Source: Phyllosticta citribraziliensis (lineage: Eukaryota). From it: DNA of 64,000 nt. Shown here piece by piece: positions 12,374-24,354 of the stretch (positions are counted from its first letter, which is position 1; each line of letters begins with the position of its first letter). The notes under the pieces were generated by a model. That model made no database searches. It worked only from the letters and a program-made list of their open reading frames with translations, and had not been told where the DNA came from. The stretch spans positions 3,224,001-3,288,000 of the forward strand of contig NW_027117338.1 in assembly GCF_038025025.1 (NCBI RefSeq), given 5' to 3'. The translations under genes and the position numbers were made by a program.

Positions 12374-14375
12374 TCAATCTTCATCGCCGTCTTGCTCGCC
12401 CTCTGCAGCCATCTGGTCGTCGTCGCTGTAGTCGGGCCCCATGAGGTCATCGACGTCGTCGTCCTCGGCGTCCGAGTCGCTGTCGGTAGCGCCAGACGCG
12501 TCGCTGGCGTCGTCTTCGCTGTCGGCGTCCTCCGCCGCCGCCGCCGCCGCCGCTTTTGCTTGACTAACAGAAGTCTGCTGGGTCGATTGCTCCGGCGAGT
12601 CGGCGCCAGACTGCTCTGCGGCATTGACGTCGTCCGGCATGTCGTCGTCCGCTCCGTCGAGGGCGGCAATGTCGGTCGGTTCCAGCTTGCTGACCCTGGC
12701 CTTGGCGAGGTTGCGAATGTCGCCGGCCAATTTGGTCTCGTACTCTGAGATGACCTTGCGGCGGCCCACCGCGATATCGGCAATGTTCTCTGCCGTGATG
12801 GCGTCGGGGAACAGCTCGATGCGCGTGTAGTCTTCGTCTCGCGGGACGTTGCCTTTGATGATGACGCCAATCTTTTCGCGCATCAGGACTTTGATCTTGG
12901 CCCACGTGCCGTTGAGGAACCACCCGTCGGACTTGATCTGCCGGGCTGTTAGTTTTGCGTCTGCGATGAATGTACTGTCGAGACTTACGTTGCATGTTTT
13001 TCGCAGTTTGTTCGTGTCCAGGATGCGCCGCAGCTGGCGGTCGGTCACGTCGCACACCTGCCACACCTTGCCGTCCGGGACGAGCTTCTTGCCGTCAAAC
13101 ATGTGAGTGAGCTTCTTAGACCCCTTTTGACGGCCCTCGCGCCGGAAGACGGTCCTCGAGTCCATCCACTTGTTGGGATCCTCGTTCGACTCTTTGCCCT
13201 GTGAGACGGGAATCTTGAACATGACGGTCTGGTACATTCTGTACTTGGGGTCGGTTCTGGGGTCCACGCCGAAGCGGATCAGAGTGTCGCGCCAGGGGCC
13301 CGAGTTGAACGAGTAACCGACGTAGCCGTACGAGCTGCGGATCGAATCATCTGTGGGAGCTTGAATGTTATTGTGCAGGTAGCGTTTGGTCATGATGGGC
13401 CTCTCCTCCAACAGCGCCCGTATGTTGGCAATGGTCTCGCGGATGTGGGGTTCCAGCGACTCCTCGCGCGGCAGGGGGACAGGAGACTCATGGGGCACCT
13501 TTTTGGCATCGATGGAGATTGTGTGCAGAATGAACTTGCGGCCGGCGGTGGGATTGTATGTAATCTCACGGCCCTTGTCGTCTTGGATGAGCTTGACTGC
13601 CGGATTCTGGCGGTACGAGTAGTTGTAGGGCACATCGACGCCGGTGAATTGCGGCGAGGGGCCCACGTCTTGGCCGGGCTGATGATTGTCTCTACCGTCG
13701 TCCAGCTTGAAGTGCTTGAGTTTGGAGTACTGAAAGGGCAAGATGGAGTGGCGCAGCGACTGGGCGAGCGACAGCTGGGAAGTGGCATACTGGAAGTCGG
13801 GCAGGGTGCGGAAGCGGTGAGTCTCGTGATTGACGCCTACAGCTTGCACCGAGTAATTGTCAGGATGGTCGCGCAGGCTCTGCAGCAGCAAGAGGGGATC
13901 AGTGTGGGCGGCGTCATGCGGGCGCGGATCGTCAATCCACGGGTCGTCGGAGCCTCTCTTGCGCTTGCGGCCCGTACGCTTGGGCACAGTCACTTTGATC
14001 AGAAGGTTGCGCGTCTTTACGAAATTGGACATGACGGGCTTTGCCATGACATCGCCCGGGCGCAGAGACGCGCCAATGGTCTTTTGCCTGTTTCTGGTCT
14101 GCAGGAACTGGGTGGGGGTTAGCATCGATCAAGCGAGAACGAGGGCATGCGCAACTCACCTTGTCGACGACGACAGGCCCGCCCAGCGACTGGAGGCCAT
14201 TGTCAATGTTCTTGACGATGCATGGGTGCTCCAGACTTACGACATGGTCGCGAGGCACGGCGAGGGCGGGCGCAGGGGCGTCGGCAGGACCATGGAGGGC
14301 GGCAGACGGGCTGGGCTGGAGGGCGCCATCGTCGTCGTCGTAGAGGTCGTCGAGCAGCTGCTGTTCGTCGTCCAT
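12374..14375 (-). CDS. TFC1: RNA polymerase III transcription factor TFIIIC tau95 subunit (Tfc1/Sfc1); introns ~14108-14159 and ~12938-12988
   Basis: VVSLEHPCIVKNIDNGLQSLGG, NLLIKVTVPKRTGRKRKRGS, THRFRTLPDFQY, LLEERPI, GPWRDTLIRFGVDPR, WQVCDVTD; acidic C-terminal tail. Confidence 0.9.
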
Positions 14376-15072
14376 GATTGATCTGGAGATGAGGGGCCTG
14401 TAGCTGTAGGTGTTTGAGAAGTGCCTGTCGCAGCAGTGGGTGGTTCGGGTTGCGCTAGGCCCGCATGGACCGGACCCTACCCTACCTATGGACATCACCA
14501 CCTCCTCGATTGCAGTACCGCCCGGCACCTGGACCTGGACCTGGACTTGGACCTGGACCTGACCTCGCCCTCCCGACTCGGCACTGCACTCACTGCAAAC
14601 ACCACCTCCACCACGACACCACCATCTCCATCTCCATCTCTCGTCTGCTCCCTGCCTGAAACCTGTCCATCTGCACCCGACCCGACCTGACCCAGCGCCC
14701 CTCCCTCGGTGCCTCGTCGGCCCTTTGCCGTCACCCTACCACCCATCAGCGCAGCGCAGCGCACCGCACCGCAGCCGTCCCGTCAGGTCGCCTACCTACC
14801 TACCTACAACCTACAGCACCTACTACCTACCTACAACCGACCTACCTTGCTCTGCCTCTCCTCCGCACTGCACCGCCTGCGTCCAATCCCCTCGCCCATG
14901 CCGACCTCGACGTCCTAGCAATTCGAACGATCCAACCCTGCGCCAGTCGCACGTCGCCATCCCCCCGTCTGCCTGCCCTGCTGCGTCGGGCCTCGAGTCC
15001 TTTGACATCTCCACCCGCCGACTTCCTTGGTCCTCGCCCGCATCCTCCAGCGCGTCTGCGCAACCTCTAGCC

Positions 15073-17922
15073 ATGAAAGGCTTCCGCCAGAAGTTTGTAA
15101 GTCGTCAATGCCGCGTCCCGTCCCTACCCACCTCCCTCGCCTCTCGCCTCGCTCCGCTCCGCTCCCATCTCATCTGCCCCGGCTGACGTCTGCCGCCGCC
15201 AGTCCGACAAGCTACGTAACCACGAGTCCAAGTCGTCCTCAAAGAAAAAAGACCAGTCCGGCACCGCCTCTCCCTCGCACGGCGGCTCTGGCACCCACTC
15301 TCCTGCCGGCTCCGCCCACGCAACACCCACTTCGTCAACCACACAGCTGCCAATCGACCCGCGCAGCAAGCCTCTCCCCGGCGCTGGCGACAATGCCGCC
15401 TCGGCCAGCCATGCTGCTGCTGCTCCTCAGCCCGGTCAGCCCGGCGCCCCCAACTCCCTCACACCTGGATCGCAGTACATGGCCGGACAGCAGATGGCTC
15501 AGGGATCCACCAATAACGGCATGAGCGGCGGTGGCCCTGGCACACCCACCCGCGCTGGCCAGCCGCTGGCGCCGAGTGTTGTCATCAGTCCTAGCGCTCC
15601 TGTAAGTACCCCATGTCTTAAACACCCTGCGCTTCTAGACTAGCCCACCACCTCTCCCGCAAACATTCAATCGCCTGACTGGACTCATCTAGCACGTCCC
15701 TCCTCCTGGAGCTGCCGAGACCATGCCCGGCGACCTCTTGCCCCCCAAGGCCGGCAGCAAATCCTTGCTCTTCGACCGCCTGCAGACGACCCCAAAGGAC
15801 GTTGCCGAGGGCATTAGGACGCCCAAGCGCCAGCACTCGTCTCGCTTCGACATTTCCGACCAGAGCAAGCGTGAGCTGGAGAAGCTGCCCGGATTCCACG
15901 AGGTGGCACCCAACAAGCGCGAGGAGCTGTTTATGCAAAAGATTGACCAATGCAACATCATCTTCGACTTCAACGATGCCAGCGGCGACATGAAGTCCAA
16001 GGAGATCAAGCGCCTCGCCCTGCACGAGCTGCTAGACTATGTCGCAAACAACCGACAGGTCATCACCGAGCGCATGTACCCCCGCGTCGTCGAAATGTTT
16101 GCCAAGAATCTTTTCCGTCCCATCCCTCCGCCCGTCAACCCGCAAGGCGAAGCGTTTGATCCCGAGGAAGACGAGCCGGTCCTCGAGGTCGCTTGGCCGC
16201 ACATCCAAGTCGTGTACGAATTCTTTTTGCGATTCATCGAGAGTCAAGACTTCAACACCAACATTGCCAAGCAATACATTGATCACTCTTTCGTGCTCCA
16301 GGCAAGTTTGCGCCGCCGCTGGAAATTGGGCACAAGCTAACCGATGGCAGCTCCTCGAACTGTTCGACTCTGAAGACCCACGGGAACGCGACTTCCTCAA
16401 GACCACCCTGCACAGAATATACGGGAAATTCCTAAACCTCAGATCCTACATTCGGCGGTCCATCAACAACGTATTCTTCCAATTTATATACGAGACGGAA
16501 CGGTTCAACGGCATTGCCGAGCTGTTGGAGATTTTGGGTTCCATCATCAACGGCTTTGCGCTGCCATTGAAGGAGGAGCACAAGCTCTTCTTGACGCGCG
16601 TCCTCATCCCTCTGCACAAAGTAAAAAGTCTCAGCATGTATCACCCGCAGTTGGCCTACTGCATTGTGCAGTTTTTGGAAAAGGACGCGGCATTGACTGA
16701 GGAGGTAGGTCACGTTTAGCGCGATTGTCACATGCACCACTAACGGCTTGGCAGGTTGTTTTGGGTCTTTTGCGCTACTGGCCCAAGGTCAACAGCACCA
16801 AGGAGGTCATGTTCCTGAATGAGGTCGAGGACATTTTCGAAGTCATGGACCCCGCCGAATTCGCCAAGGTCCAGGAACCGCTGTTTAATCAGCTGGCCAA
16901 GTCTGTTGCCAGTCCTCACTTCCAGGTTTGTTTGAAGGGTTCAATTCAAGAGACTTCGCTAACGGTGGCAGGTTGCCGAGAGAGCCCTTTACTTTTGGAA
17001 CAACGAATACTTTTGCAACCTGGTCAGCGATAACGTCGAAGTCATCCTCCCCATCATGTTCGCCCCGCTTTACGAAAACTCCAAGGGACACTGGAACCGG
17101 TGAGTCGTTTTGCACCAGTCAGAGGTCATGCGCTAATCCAGACCAGGACAATCCACGGCATGGTCTACAACGCAATGAAGCTCTTTATGGAGGTCAACCC
17201 ACAGTTGTTTGACGAGTGCTCGCGCGAGTACGCGGAGAAGCAGCAAAATGCCAGCAAGGAGCAGCAGTCGAGGCAGCAGCGTTGGGACAAGCTCGCCGAG
17301 CTGGCAGCATCCAAGAAGACGGGGAAGGTGAACGACAAACTTCCCCTCCCTGCCGCGGGATCAAAAGGCGCATCTCCACTGCGGGTCGAAGACTCTGATC
17401 CGTTGAGCCAAGACAGTCAAAGGAGGTTAGAAGCTCTGCGATTGCAGGACGACGCCATGTCCAACCGGGAGCGGAAGCCCAAAGACTATGCGGTACGTTA
17501 GTCTGTCTTGATAGTCCACACGATGCATTCTTGGGAGCGTTTCAATTCTTCATCCAAACCCCGCTTTGTATACACCTTTAGAGCAGTTTTTAGAAAACAT
17601 TCCGTTTCTCGAGACACCGCCTGTAGGGAACAGATGTGAAAAATTGTTGTTTTCGTTGTTGCGGGCGGGGGGACAGACGGCAGCGTCACGGGGTGGTGTG
17701 GGACCAACTAACTGCGGCCTTTTCGAGCAGAGGCGCCACCGTCAGTCGACGTCCGCAGACGAGAGCCGGCGGTCAGGAGGAGGAGGGGGGCGGCGTCGAA
17801 GCGGCAGTCGGCCCGGGTCATCATCTGGGACGGCGACGACGACGACTGCAGCCGCAGCCGCAGCAGCCTCGAGCGGATCTCGGCCCAGCTCTAGCAGCAG
17901 CACAACAAAAAGAGGTGGATGA
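15073..17922 (+). CDS. RTS1: PP2A regulatory subunit B' (B56; Rts1/Par1), ~8 exons
   Basis: MKGFRQKF start, [87 protein letters not shown]. Last exon starts after the acceptor at ~17730. Confidence 0.95.
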
Positions 17923-18764
17923 CGAAGGCGGGCAGGCAGGCAGGCAGACAAGGGGTTCAAGAACGGAAAACGTGTATTATTTCCTTGAAGACATTCGGGG
18001 CGGTTTGGTGGTGAAGGTGGTGAAGGTGGTGGGTTGGCGTCTGGAGTGTCTTTTTTCTTTTTCCTGTTTTCTTTTCTCATCTCATCTCATCTCATCCCAT
18101 CCCACACATTCGGCATCACATCATCACCCACCCTTTTCGCAGGCAGGCTGTTGAGCTGTGGCCTGTCAGTCTGTCAGTCCGTCAGTCTCTTTGGCCATCG
18201 ACTCGCACTCGCACCCGCACTCGGACGGACATGAGGAATTTTGTGAACCACCAAACCAAGGGAGGCATCGGCATGGACGGACGGACGGACGGACGGATGG
18301 GCAAAGGTATCGGATGGTCGGTCGGTCGGGTCGGGCGGTCGGGCACTTTTCTGGATTGCTTGGGTCATCATATCATGGGGGGGACAGCAGCAGCAGAGGC
18401 AGGCAGGCACTGAAGGAAAGGGTACCTAGGGACAGCAGGCAGGCAGGCAGGGGCATCTTTTTGTCGTCTTTTGATGGCCGTGGCTTTTCTTTTCTCGCTC
18501 AAACATAATGTCGTCTTGTCGGTCAATCAGTAAGTCGGTCTGGGGGCGGGGGGCGTTTTTGTTTGTTTGTCTTGTCTTGTTTGGGCGGAAAGATGGACGC
18601 AAAATGATGGATGGGAGGATTAGGGAGGAAGGGGAGGGCAGGGTCGGGCAGGCAGGGGTTTCTAATAGGTTTTTGTGTCTGTTGTTTGTTATCCGTCCGT
18701 CCGTCCCGTTGAGTATCTGTCTGTCTGTGTGCGTCTCTCTGTGTATGTGTGTGTGGGGGCGCAG

Positions 18765-18798
18765 AGAGAGGGAACGAGAGAGAGAGAGAGAGAGAGAG
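18765..18798. repeat. (GA)n microsatellite within a simple-repeat-rich intergenic/3'UTR tract (also GGAC, GGCA, GGTC runs at 18.2-18.5 kb)
   Basis: gagagagagagagagagagag read directly. Confidence 0.85.
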
Positions 18799-20226
18799 CA
18801 TTATGTAGGTCATCTTGTTGTTGCTCTCTGCTTGCTATTAAACACGCCCCTCGTCCACTCGTCCACTCCATCTTCTTTCTTCTTCTGCTTTTGTCGAAAA
18901 TGATTGATTGGTTGAATTATTTGACAAATAAAGAGAGTGATTGGCTCGGTGCTGTTTAAGAGATAGACAGGCAGGTAGGCTGGTTAGGTATGCACGTATA
19001 TATCTAGTATCATCGCATTCTTTCTTTCTTTCTTTCTCCCTTCCCTCGACTCGCCCATGCCATAAAAACTACGTGCGTGTTGCTGCTGCGCCTCACCTCC
19101 GCCACCGTCGTCTGACGTCCCATCATTTCTGCAAACAGCCCCCAGACGCGTCCCCGACTGCAGGCGGCAGCTAACCACGTGCGGCAACCCAACACAACGG
19201 TAGCAGGGGGGGTGGCTGTGGGCTGTGATGTCAAGAGAGTCTTGGGAGAAGGCGGTGGATGGATGGCGTTGATTGGCCACGCTTTTGCTGCTTTGTTTTT
19301 TTCCGAGGCGCGGATTGTTTGGGGAGGTGGGGATAGAGGGAGGAAACGAGAGGGAGAGGGGAGTGGTGGGTGGGTTTAGGCTAAGCTGTTGGTTGGTTGG
19401 TTGGGCGTTAGGACGGGCGTGCTGTTGGTGCTGCATGTAGGGACATGGAGGTAGTGAACAGAAGGAAGGAGAGGGAGGTGCCTCGGCTGTTGCAAGCGAG
19501 AGGGCGGCGCCCATTGGCTGCGCTGCGCTGCCTGGTGGTGGGCGGTGAGGCGATTCTGCCGCCAATGGATGGGCCGGGATACACGGGCACAGCAACGCTC
19601 TTGTTCCCAGTCCGAGCCGCCAAGCGCCAATTTATGCTTCACGTATCCTTGGGTTCCGTTCTCCTGAGCCCCCGGGCTGCACTGCGGACTGCGGACATTC
19701 GCAACGCGGAGGGAATGGCAGCGGAGTGGGCGGACGGGAGGGAGTGGTGCGGTGGCTCAACGGCCGCGTCCAGCTCAACCGACCCGACGCAGCCGACGGA
19801 CTTGACGGCCGAGTGGACGGGACGAGATTTTGTTGGCCCAGTGCAGCCAGGGGAACTGCAAAAAACGAGCATAGCTGCCAATCTCCGCCGCCGGGCACCC
19901 CTTAAACCGCCACCCTTCTCTTTTTTGTTGGTGATTGTCTGTTGTTTGTCGACCTCTGACGTCCTCCGTCCCTGTCCCTGTGCTGTCATTCCTGCGCAGA
20001 AGGAACGTCTCGTCTCGGCCTACCGCACCCTGCCCGCCCTGCCCTGTCGTCGTGTCGCTGTCTGTCTGTCGCAAACACCACCTCCCAGCTCCAGCAGCCC
20101 ACCAGCTCGACGCTATCTTAGCACCCGCTGCTCCTCCCGTCTCCCGTCTCCCGTCCCTCAGACCTTGACGCCGCCCTCTCGTCACCTTCCCTCGACGCCG
20201 CAAAAAAAATTCCCACCTCCTCAGCC

Positions 20227-21462
20227 ATGTCGACGCCCGATTGGATCCAAGTCGGCCTGCCGACCCTCGACCGCCCCTTCGGCATTGCTCTGTGGCCCAT
20301 TTTCGAAAAGGCCTTTGAGACGGTCCAGGGCTACCGGCCGCAGGACTTTCGCTTCGTCGCCGGCGAGACGCCCATGTCGACGGTGACGGCCACGGTCGCG
20401 ACGCTCGCCTCGTACTACATTATAATCTTTGGCGGCCGCGAGGTCATGCGGAGCCGGGAGCCGCTGAGGCTCAATGGCCTGTTCAAGGTGCACAATTTTT
20501 ACCTGACGGCCATCAGCGGCGTGCTGCTGGCCCTCTTTGTTGAGCAGCTGCTGCCCGAGCTGGTGCGCAACGGCGTCTTCCACGCCATCTGTAGCTACGA
20601 TGGCGGCTGGACTGACAAGCTGGTCATTCTTTACTACGTGCGTGCAGTTTTCTCCCCTGGGCACAATCGCGAGGAATGCTGACGCCCCCCACCCGCTGCA
20701 GCTCAATTACCTGACCAAGTACCTCGAGCTCATCGACACCTGCTTCCTGTTCCTCAAGAAGAAGCCCCTCAGTACGTTCAATGGCGCGCCAATTGCCACG
20801 ACCGCTCGCTAATCCGATGCCTCTAGCGTTTTTGCACACTTACCACCATGGTGCCACTGCGCTGCTTTGCTACACCCAGCTCGTGGGCCAGACTGCCGTT
20901 TCCTGGGTCCCCATCACCTTGAACCTGTGTGTCCACGTCGTCATGTACTGGTACTACTTTCAGAGTGCCCGCGGCATCAGGATCTGGTGGAAGAAGTACA
21001 TTACCATTATGCAGATTATCCAGTTTGTGCTTGACCTCGGTAAGTTTTGTTTCCCCCCCCCCCCCCCCCCAAAGCGCGAGAAGAAAAAAGCTGACGGCCG
21101 CAGGCTTCGTGTACTTTGCTTCCTGGACCTACTTCACCTCGACCTACTGGCCCTGGCTCCCCAACGCCGGCCACTGCGCCGGCAAGGAGTTTGCCGCCTT
21201 TTCGGGCATCGCCATCCTCAGCTCGTACCTCGTCCTCTTCATCCTCTTCTACATTGCGACGTACAAGAAGCCGGTGCCCAAGACGCGCGGCCGCGCCAAG
21301 AGCGCCCTGATTGAGATGAAGGACGAAAAGGTGCCCACGGTCGGCGCGGTCCGCCGCCGTCTGAGTGGGGCCTCGTCTTCTTCCAATTCGCTGGCTAACG
21401 GCTACTCGTCACCCGCAGAGGCCGTGTCCAACGGTCGCGTCACCCGGTCCCGCAAGGCATAG
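20227..21462 (+). CDS. Fatty acid elongase (GNS1/SUR4, Elo1/Elo2-like), 4 exons
   Basis: [22 protein letters not shown] His-box, [16 protein letters not shown]-terminal basic RSRKA. Introns ~20638-20701, ~20773-20827, ~21040-21103. Confidence 0.95.
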
Positions 21463-22436
21463 ATTCGCTTCTAGATGGCTGGCTGGCTGGCTGGTCGGCT
21501 CTTCGCGGTTGCCGAGGAGTCTTGTTTTTAGACGATGGGCGCCGGGTACCAAGGCAGGCCATTGATGTCGTATGTGTGGGCGGGCGACCCCCTCGCTGGC
21601 AGGTAGTCGCGGCTTGCCTGCCGTTCGTTGGCTTTGGATGATGGCTACGGGTAGAAGAAGGTGGACAGCGTGCGTGTGTGTCTCTAGAGGAACGGAGGGG
21701 AGTTACGGAGAACAAGGCGCGGCACTTGTCCGCAATGGCTGTCAATTCTTTTCTTTTGTTGGCTCCTTGTTTGCGTTTGGGTTGCGAGTCGGCCTGGCAT
21801 CACTACATGTAGCAACACGATGATGGGCGGTGGCGGCGGCTGGTTTTGAGAGTTTCGAAACATCAGCACAGCCAGCCTGCTGCTGCTGCTGCTGCTCCAT
21901 CATGAAAAGGGGACATGGCGGCACTGCTTCTTCTTCTACTTCTATTACTCTAGTACTACTCTCCTACTACAGCAGAAGGTACAGCTTTTGTAATCGAGGT
22001 AGCATATGCATAGATTTGGGATGGGAATGTACAGGCATGTATAGGACGAGCGGAAGACAAGGCGGATAGAAGGCCGGGGAAGACGTCTGTAACTGTAAGG
22101 TATGTAATGCAGAATGATTGGTTGGCAGTTGGAGAGCCAATTGCGTGGTGGACGAGTGGATGACAGGTGCACGTGATGGGGTGTGGGCAAAATTCCGGCC
22201 TGGCTGGCTGGCTGGCTGGCAGGTCGTCGGCATCGGTCGGCGAGGGAAGGATCCGTCACCGTCAGACCACCAACCATTAAACGTACATCACTTGGCTCTG
22301 GACCGAACCAGCTCAAATCAACGCATCCCACCCACTCCGTCGGCATCACATAACCTAACCCAACGACGACGCCGTCACGCCCCCGGCCCTCCCGCCCCCG
22401 CATCTCCCCAGTGCCAATTGATATAAACCGTGTCAA

Positions 22437-23336
22437 ATGGCCGCCAGCGTCCTCCGCCTCGCGGCCCGCCGCGCTCCTGTTTTCCGCGCCGCTGCTGCTG
22501 CTCCTCGCGTTGCCGCGCCCGCCGTGAGCTCGCGCCTCGCCGCCGCCGCCGGCAGGCCCTTTTCCACCACCGTCGCCCGCTTCTCTGGTGACCACCAGGA
22601 GGAGAGCTTCGAGGAGTTTACTGCCAGGTACGAGGACCGATCATCATGACCGAGAGAGAGCCGCCGCCGCCGGTTGCGACGCCAATGGCCGCCCGCCCTC
22701 GACGCGGGACAGAATCTTCAACGACCGACCAGCCGGCGGCGTCGCAGAACCGAACCAACACCCACCAACCTCTCCCCCGCCCCGTATTGTGCTCGTGGAC
22801 CTGCTGAACTGATGGTCGTCGTGGGGCTTGACAGGTACGAGAAGGAGTTTGACTCTGTGCAGGATGCCTTTGAGCTTCAGGTAGGTGTTTGCTCGGGTTT
22901 TTCCTGGCTTGGGCCTGTGCGCCGTGGCTGCGCCGACGACAGCGACGACAACAGCGACGACATGACATGGACTGACGACTGATGGCAGCGCAACCTCAAC
23001 AACGCTTTTGCGTACGACCTTGTGCCCGCGCCCTCCGTCATCACCGCCGCCCTGAAGGCTGCGCGCCGCGTCAACGACTTCCCCACTGCCGTCCGGATCT
23101 TCGAGGGTGCGTTTGCTCTCCCACACCACGCGTCAATTCCCGCCCCAGCGCCTGGCAATTGGCGCGTCTCGCAACTCTGTGCGAACCAGATTGGCTGATA
23201 TGTGGCTACTACTACAGGCATCAAGTCCAAGGTCGAGAACAAGGGCCAGTACGAGGAGTACCTGAAGGAGCTGGAGCCCCTGCGGGAAGAGCTCGGCATC
23301 GTCCTCAAGGAGAAGCTGTACCCGGAGGACGCATAA
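22437..23336 (+). CDS. COX6: Cytochrome c oxidase subunit VI (yeast Cox6 / mammalian Va), 4 exons
   Basis: Mitochondrial presequence, EESFEEFTAR|YEKEF, FELQ|RNLNNAFAYDLVPAP, AARRVNDFPTAVRIFE|GIKSKVEN...LREELGI. Confidence 0.95.
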
Positions 23337-24354
23337 GCGACGGACACGGACGATTTGTGGTAATCGTTTGGGACGTATTGCCAACGACAATGCTGCTGCT
23401 GCTGCTGCTGCTGCTACCACCGCTGCTCCGATAATTAGAGCTGACTGGATCATCCGTCGTCATTCACGAGAGGGGGCTTCTTTTTGAATATGAGAGAGGA
23501 TCAATCCGCCGGCCACATGCCAAGTAGAAAAAGAATCGGGGCAAACTCTACCTACCTACCCACTACCACAGAACAAAAGTACGCGGCGAGGTGCGACACT
23601 TGTATCACCATCATATCATCATCATCATCATGGCCCCGCGCGCGCGAGGCGGTTGTGCACGTACAAGAGTCGAGTTTTTCTTTCTTGGGGGCTGCTCCGA
23701 GCAATTGTACAGATCCATAATCTCACCTCTCATCTGCGGCGGCCCAACCACATGTTGTTCGCCTGCAGCTGCTGCTTACTCAGGCCTGACGGTCCAATTC
23801 TCGAATACGAGGCTTGATGCTGCCAATTGATTGTCGACGTGCTGCGATAATAATGTATCCAGGGTCGAGTCCTGCTCGTAGGCTGAACCCATGTGCCTTG
23901 GGACGACTCTCACATGCCAGCGAGCTAGGTACGGTGGCTAGCTCCATCTGACGTTACTCACGAAACAGCCTGCCCCTGGCAGCAGAGCATTTGCGTCGCT
24001 CTGATTGGTCCGTTTGAGGTCGGCCGGCATGGTGTGGAATATGTTTGTTTGGAGCGGGAGGATGGCGGGCTTGGTTTTTGGAGTGGCTTGCCGTGAGTTG
24101 TAGCTTGATTCTAAAAGGCATACTGGAGAGGCAGGCCAAGTCTTGCGTGGTGTTGATTCTGCAGCTCGCGGACCGCACGGGCCGGGGCCGGAGCCGGAGC
24201 CGGAGCTCGGCGACCCCCGCCCCCACCAGCACACTGTGACTGTGACTGACTGGCTTTGCTGCTTCAGGCGAGCCTCTCCGAACTTTTTCGATGCAGTGAC
24301 CTCTCCCACTCCGCTTTCGAGCCAGACGACAAAGCACAAGTCGCCGCCTGGACC

